NCBI GenBank assembly: GCA_022844165.1
Contig: JALHMH010000027.1
Span: forward strand, 1 to 62,225
DNA: 62,225 bases
Source of the DNA: Lysobacterales bacterium
GTDB lineage: Bacteria > Pseudomonadota > Gammaproteobacteria > Xanthomonadales > SZUA-5
Reading direction: 5' to 3'
This document shows positions 60,301-62,225 of the stretch, in pieces. Numbering within the stretch: position 1 is the first letter of the stretch; every line of letters begins with the position of its first letter. Below the pieces are notes generated by a model, which saw only the letters and a list, made by a program, of their open reading frames with translations, was not told the DNA's origin and did no database searches. Made by a program: the position numbers and the translations under genes.

Positions 60301-60448
60301 ACACCGGCTCAGCACGATTCGCGATGCCGATCGCATTGTGGTTCTGGAAGGCGGTCGTATTGCAGAGAGCGGCACGCACGACGAGCTGCTCGCCTTGCGC
60401 GGTTTGTACTTTTACCTATCCAGTCAACAGATGGGCGATGCTGCATGA
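57368..60448 (+). CDS. peptidase-containing ABC transporter (2x cNMP-binding, C39 peptidase, ABC TM, ATPase)
   Basis: cNMP: IVREGD..FGESAL..RVAGVRA and IIVEG..FGEISL..PRATSVQA; C39: QIDEMDCG, NHWVVV, ADP; GRSGCGKT, LSGGQRQR, DEATSALD. Confidence 0.93.
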   Translation: MSAALRESLAIDEALSSPLLRFVPPEFHADLRARCLVENYAFGDWIVREGDLADAFYLLLSGRARVVKAGADGREVPLNRLVAGDAFGESALIAGGVRVAGVRASTSVSVVRLSRAHVLDLVAACPELKDGLERLARWRTVHGFLKSHAVFAALPEAALDALIGEFRPQRAAAGDSIIVEGAPPGPMYCLREGRARAFTGAPDLGEHRAFYRAGDLFGEISLICDTPRATSVQAVSDCELLVLDELAFARLRQREPAFERLLHQRREMYRADSLARVPLDFAEELLPADARAPIVAPQESMPEQEPRRTLRRIPFVAQIDEMDCGAAAFAMVCRHFGRNLSLSRIRELCHTAHDGTSLRGLIGAANEVGLAARALKVSPQHMTQMPLPAICHVEGNHWVVVYRIDRRHVYFADPATSHERQTHDEFRARFSGYAALFDYVQGPAPELPAPQGLAWLRPFVTQNSSSLALAAALAFIAATLGLLFPILTQFVVDRVIVDHDLELLAVLVPSMLGALALLVAAQWIQHYLMSYVAVRVDSAALDFLTRRLLSLPMTYFLSRRTGDIQRRLDGARVLRQFVVEQGLDGALALLQLMGCLALMLLYSAKLAALYLLLAPLYVVLMVYSRHVLRPLYAELETAYGRYASQQIDAIKGIEAVKAAAAEQRFRDTILSQFLKVSRQQFRGNLAVLGFQSALQALGLLGTVLFLWLGARAVVAGDLTVGAFVAFSSLMAMASGAILRALGTWDGLQFVSVLLERLNDVVEPEPEQGRDRSGLKAVPTLEGRIELRNVSLRYGGPESAQVLSDVSLDIPTGETIALVGRSGCGKTSLAKLIAGLISPTAGEIHFDRTDHRKLNHRELRQRMGIVLQENHLFDDTIARNIDFGSVEPDMDRVRWAARMANADGFIERLPLGYETRVGETGLLLSGGQRQRIAMARAIYPDPPVLIFDEATSALDSESERVIQRNLRELTRGRTCIVIAHRLSTIRDADRIVVLEGGRIAESGTHDELLALRGLYFYLSSQQMGDAA

Positions 60449-61626
60449 ACCCTTTCGACTCAGCGTCGGGGTTGCTGCCAACGGATCCGCCGGCTCTTGC
60501 AGTCCGTTTGGTCGCCGTCTTACTCCTGGTAATGGCGTTGGCGGCTTTGCTTTTCGCAATCCTCGTACCTCTGCCAGAGACCGCACGCGCGCCGTTCGTA
60601 CTCGAGCCCATGGACGCGGCGGCAAGCGTGCAAGCGCCAGTCGCTGGGCGCGTAGAGCAGGTGTGGATTCGTGATGGCGATGTGACGCGGCCTGGGCAGC
60701 CGCTGTTCGACGTCCGCAGCGATGAACTGCGCGATGCCGATACGCAGTTGCAAACACTGACGTTGGATCAACGTCGATTACAAGTTGAACGCGAGCAAGT
60801 TGATCTTAGCCACGCACAAGCGCTGGCAGCTATCGATGCGGAAGCCGAATTGGTTGATCGCGAATTGGCGCTGCGCAAGGCGCACGATGCCGATGTACGT
60901 GCACTGTTGGCGCGCAAAGAGAAAGCCGTCGCAGATGGACTGCTGGCAGGCATCACTGTATTGGAAGACCGCCTGCGTGCGGCAGATTCGGCGCAAATGC
61001 GCGTGCAAGCCGAGCAGCGACTGCAGCGCCTCGGCGCCGAGCGCAACTTGTTGGTGTCGCGTCACGCGCAACAATCAGGTGCCGAGCAGAGTGAGCTTGC
61101 GAAATTGGCGTCCCGCATCGCTGCGCTGCGCGCGCAAATTGGCCCTGCGAGCGCCGATCGTCGTGTCGTACGTGCCACGCGCGACGCCGTGGTCGTAGGC
61201 GTCCGGGTTTCGCCCGGCGACGAATTGGCGCGCGGCGACGAACTCGCGAGGCTGGTTGCCGTGGACGCACCGTTGCAGGCGCGCCTGCAACTGGCTGAAC
61301 GCGACCTCGAGCGACTGAGAACTGAGCTGCCGACGCGGCTTTTTCTGAGCGCCTTCCCGCACGAACGTCACGGCACAGTGGCGGCCACGATTCGATGGCT
61401 AAGCCCGGCGAGCGACGAAGATTCGTTTCAGGCACTAGCCACGCTGGGTGTGGTGCCGACAGATATGCAATTGCGCCCCGGAATGCGCGGCGAAGCACGC
61501 GTCTTGCTGGGCCGCAAGACGCTCATGCAGCGCTTTCTCGATAGCGCGCGCGGCTTGCGTGAACGCTGGTGGATAGAGCCCAGCGCATTGGCGAAGCCCG
61601 ACCACTCGACCGGATCGCCTCTATGA
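60445..61626 (+). CDS. HlyD-family membrane fusion protein
   Basis: N-terminal TM, VQAPVAGRV, GQPLF, coiled coil, AFPHERHGTV, LRPGMRG. Confidence 0.88.
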   Translation: MNPFDSASGLLPTDPPALAVRLVAVLLLVMALAALLFAILVPLPETARAPFVLEPMDAAASVQAPVAGRVEQVWIRDGDVTRPGQPLFDVRSDELRDADTQLQTLTLDQRRLQVEREQVDLSHAQALAAIDAEAELVDRELALRKAHDADVRALLARKEKAVADGLLAGITVLEDRLRAADSAQMRVQAEQRLQRLGAERNLLVSRHAQQSGAEQSELAKLASRIAALRAQIGPASADRRVVRATRDAVVVGVRVSPGDELARGDELARLVAVDAPLQARLQLAERDLERLRTELPTRLFLSAFPHERHGTVAATIRWLSPASDEDSFQALATLGVVPTDMQLRPGMRGEARVLLGRKTLMQRFLDSARGLRERWWIEPSALAKPDHSTGSPL

Positions 61627-61795
61627 TGACAAATCCAAACCCGAGCAAACCACGCACTCGCGTGTGACATGAATGCGGCAGGCTCCACTGTAGTTTCCCC
61701 CTCTCTAACCGAACGAGAGCCAGCTTTCTCGCCGAATAGCTGTCCGTCCCGTTCGTCGTGCGTTTGACGGCAATTGGGGTGGTTGGTCCCCTCTG

Positions 61796-62003
61796 TGTCA
61801 ACATACCTCCAACGCTTTTGCTGTAGCTTTTTATCTTTAAGATAAAGAGGGCTTTCAGAGGAGGTTTGCAATGTCCCCGTCGTTGGAAGTGAAACCTGAT
61901 CCAAGGCTGGAGAAGCGCACCAGACACCGCTTCAGTGGCACAGAGAAACAGAAGCTGCTGACGGAGTATGAATCGCTTGGCCATGGCGAGAAAGGGGCGG
62001 AAG
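61796..62003 (+). pseudogene. IS3-family left end with truncated OrfA
   Basis: TGTCAACATACCTCCAACG end; ATG 61871 MSPSLEVKPDPRLEKRTRHRFSGTEKQKLL..HGEKGA, then interrupted. Confidence 0.7.
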
Positions 62004-62004
62004 G

Positions 62005-62219
62005 TGTCAACCTTTTTCCAACGTTTTTCGTCAATTATTAAGATGAACAATTGGGATGTCAGGTAGCTCCGTAGGTGGTGGTTGAGAAGCAAAGCTGCCG
62101 CTGGCCTCGGAATGTGTCAACCTTTTTCCAACGTTTTTCGTCAATTATTAAGATGAACAATCGGGATGTCAGATGGCTCGGTTGGTGGTGGTTGAGAAGC
62201 AAAGCTGCCGCTGGCCTCG
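62005..62219 (-). mobile_element. two tandem 110-bp copies of an IS3-like right end
   Basis: TGTCAACCTTTTTCCAACG... at 62005 and 62115; the - strand encodes a short C-terminal tail (..LPDIPIVHLNN*) then ends ..TTGACA. Confidence 0.65.
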
Positions 62220-62225
62220 ATGAGC

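Noticed and set aside
62005-62219. Tandem repeat as a CRISPR array
   Set aside because: Whole 110-bp units are near-identical, with no unique spacers and no cas genes; the ends look like IS3 IRs
1-62225. tRNA/rRNA genes
   Set aside because: No cloverleaf or rRNA signatures recognised by eye

Overview
GC-rich bacterial chromosome segment. Gene content and order (radC-coaBC-dut-algC, maf-rng-yhdP, ccmA-H, hfq-hflX, nudE-cysQ-mazG) suggest a Xanthomonadales/Lysobacterales-like gammaproteobacterium (inference). The left end is an integron: intI, attI, a NADAR cassette and a 55-bp attC whose asymmetry points the 'wrong' way. The middle is mostly housekeeping genes, plus a cupredoxin / sensor Ser-Thr kinase / porin / FHA module, a Wza-Wzc-ligase cluster without glycosyltransferases, and several MITE/REP-like repeats. 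The best candidate for an undescribed system is at 54.6-61.6 kb. Three short paralogous peptides (two with an atypical DxxPxxDPKGG double-glycine leader) have cores resembling the type IV pilin-like/DUF1559 helix LIGLLLPAVQKVREAARR. They are followed by a parvulin-like protein, a 2x cNMP-C39 peptidase-ABC transporter and HlyD, with a divergent SAM methyltransferase. IS3-family debris closes the window. All family calls come from motif recognition by eye; no searches were run.
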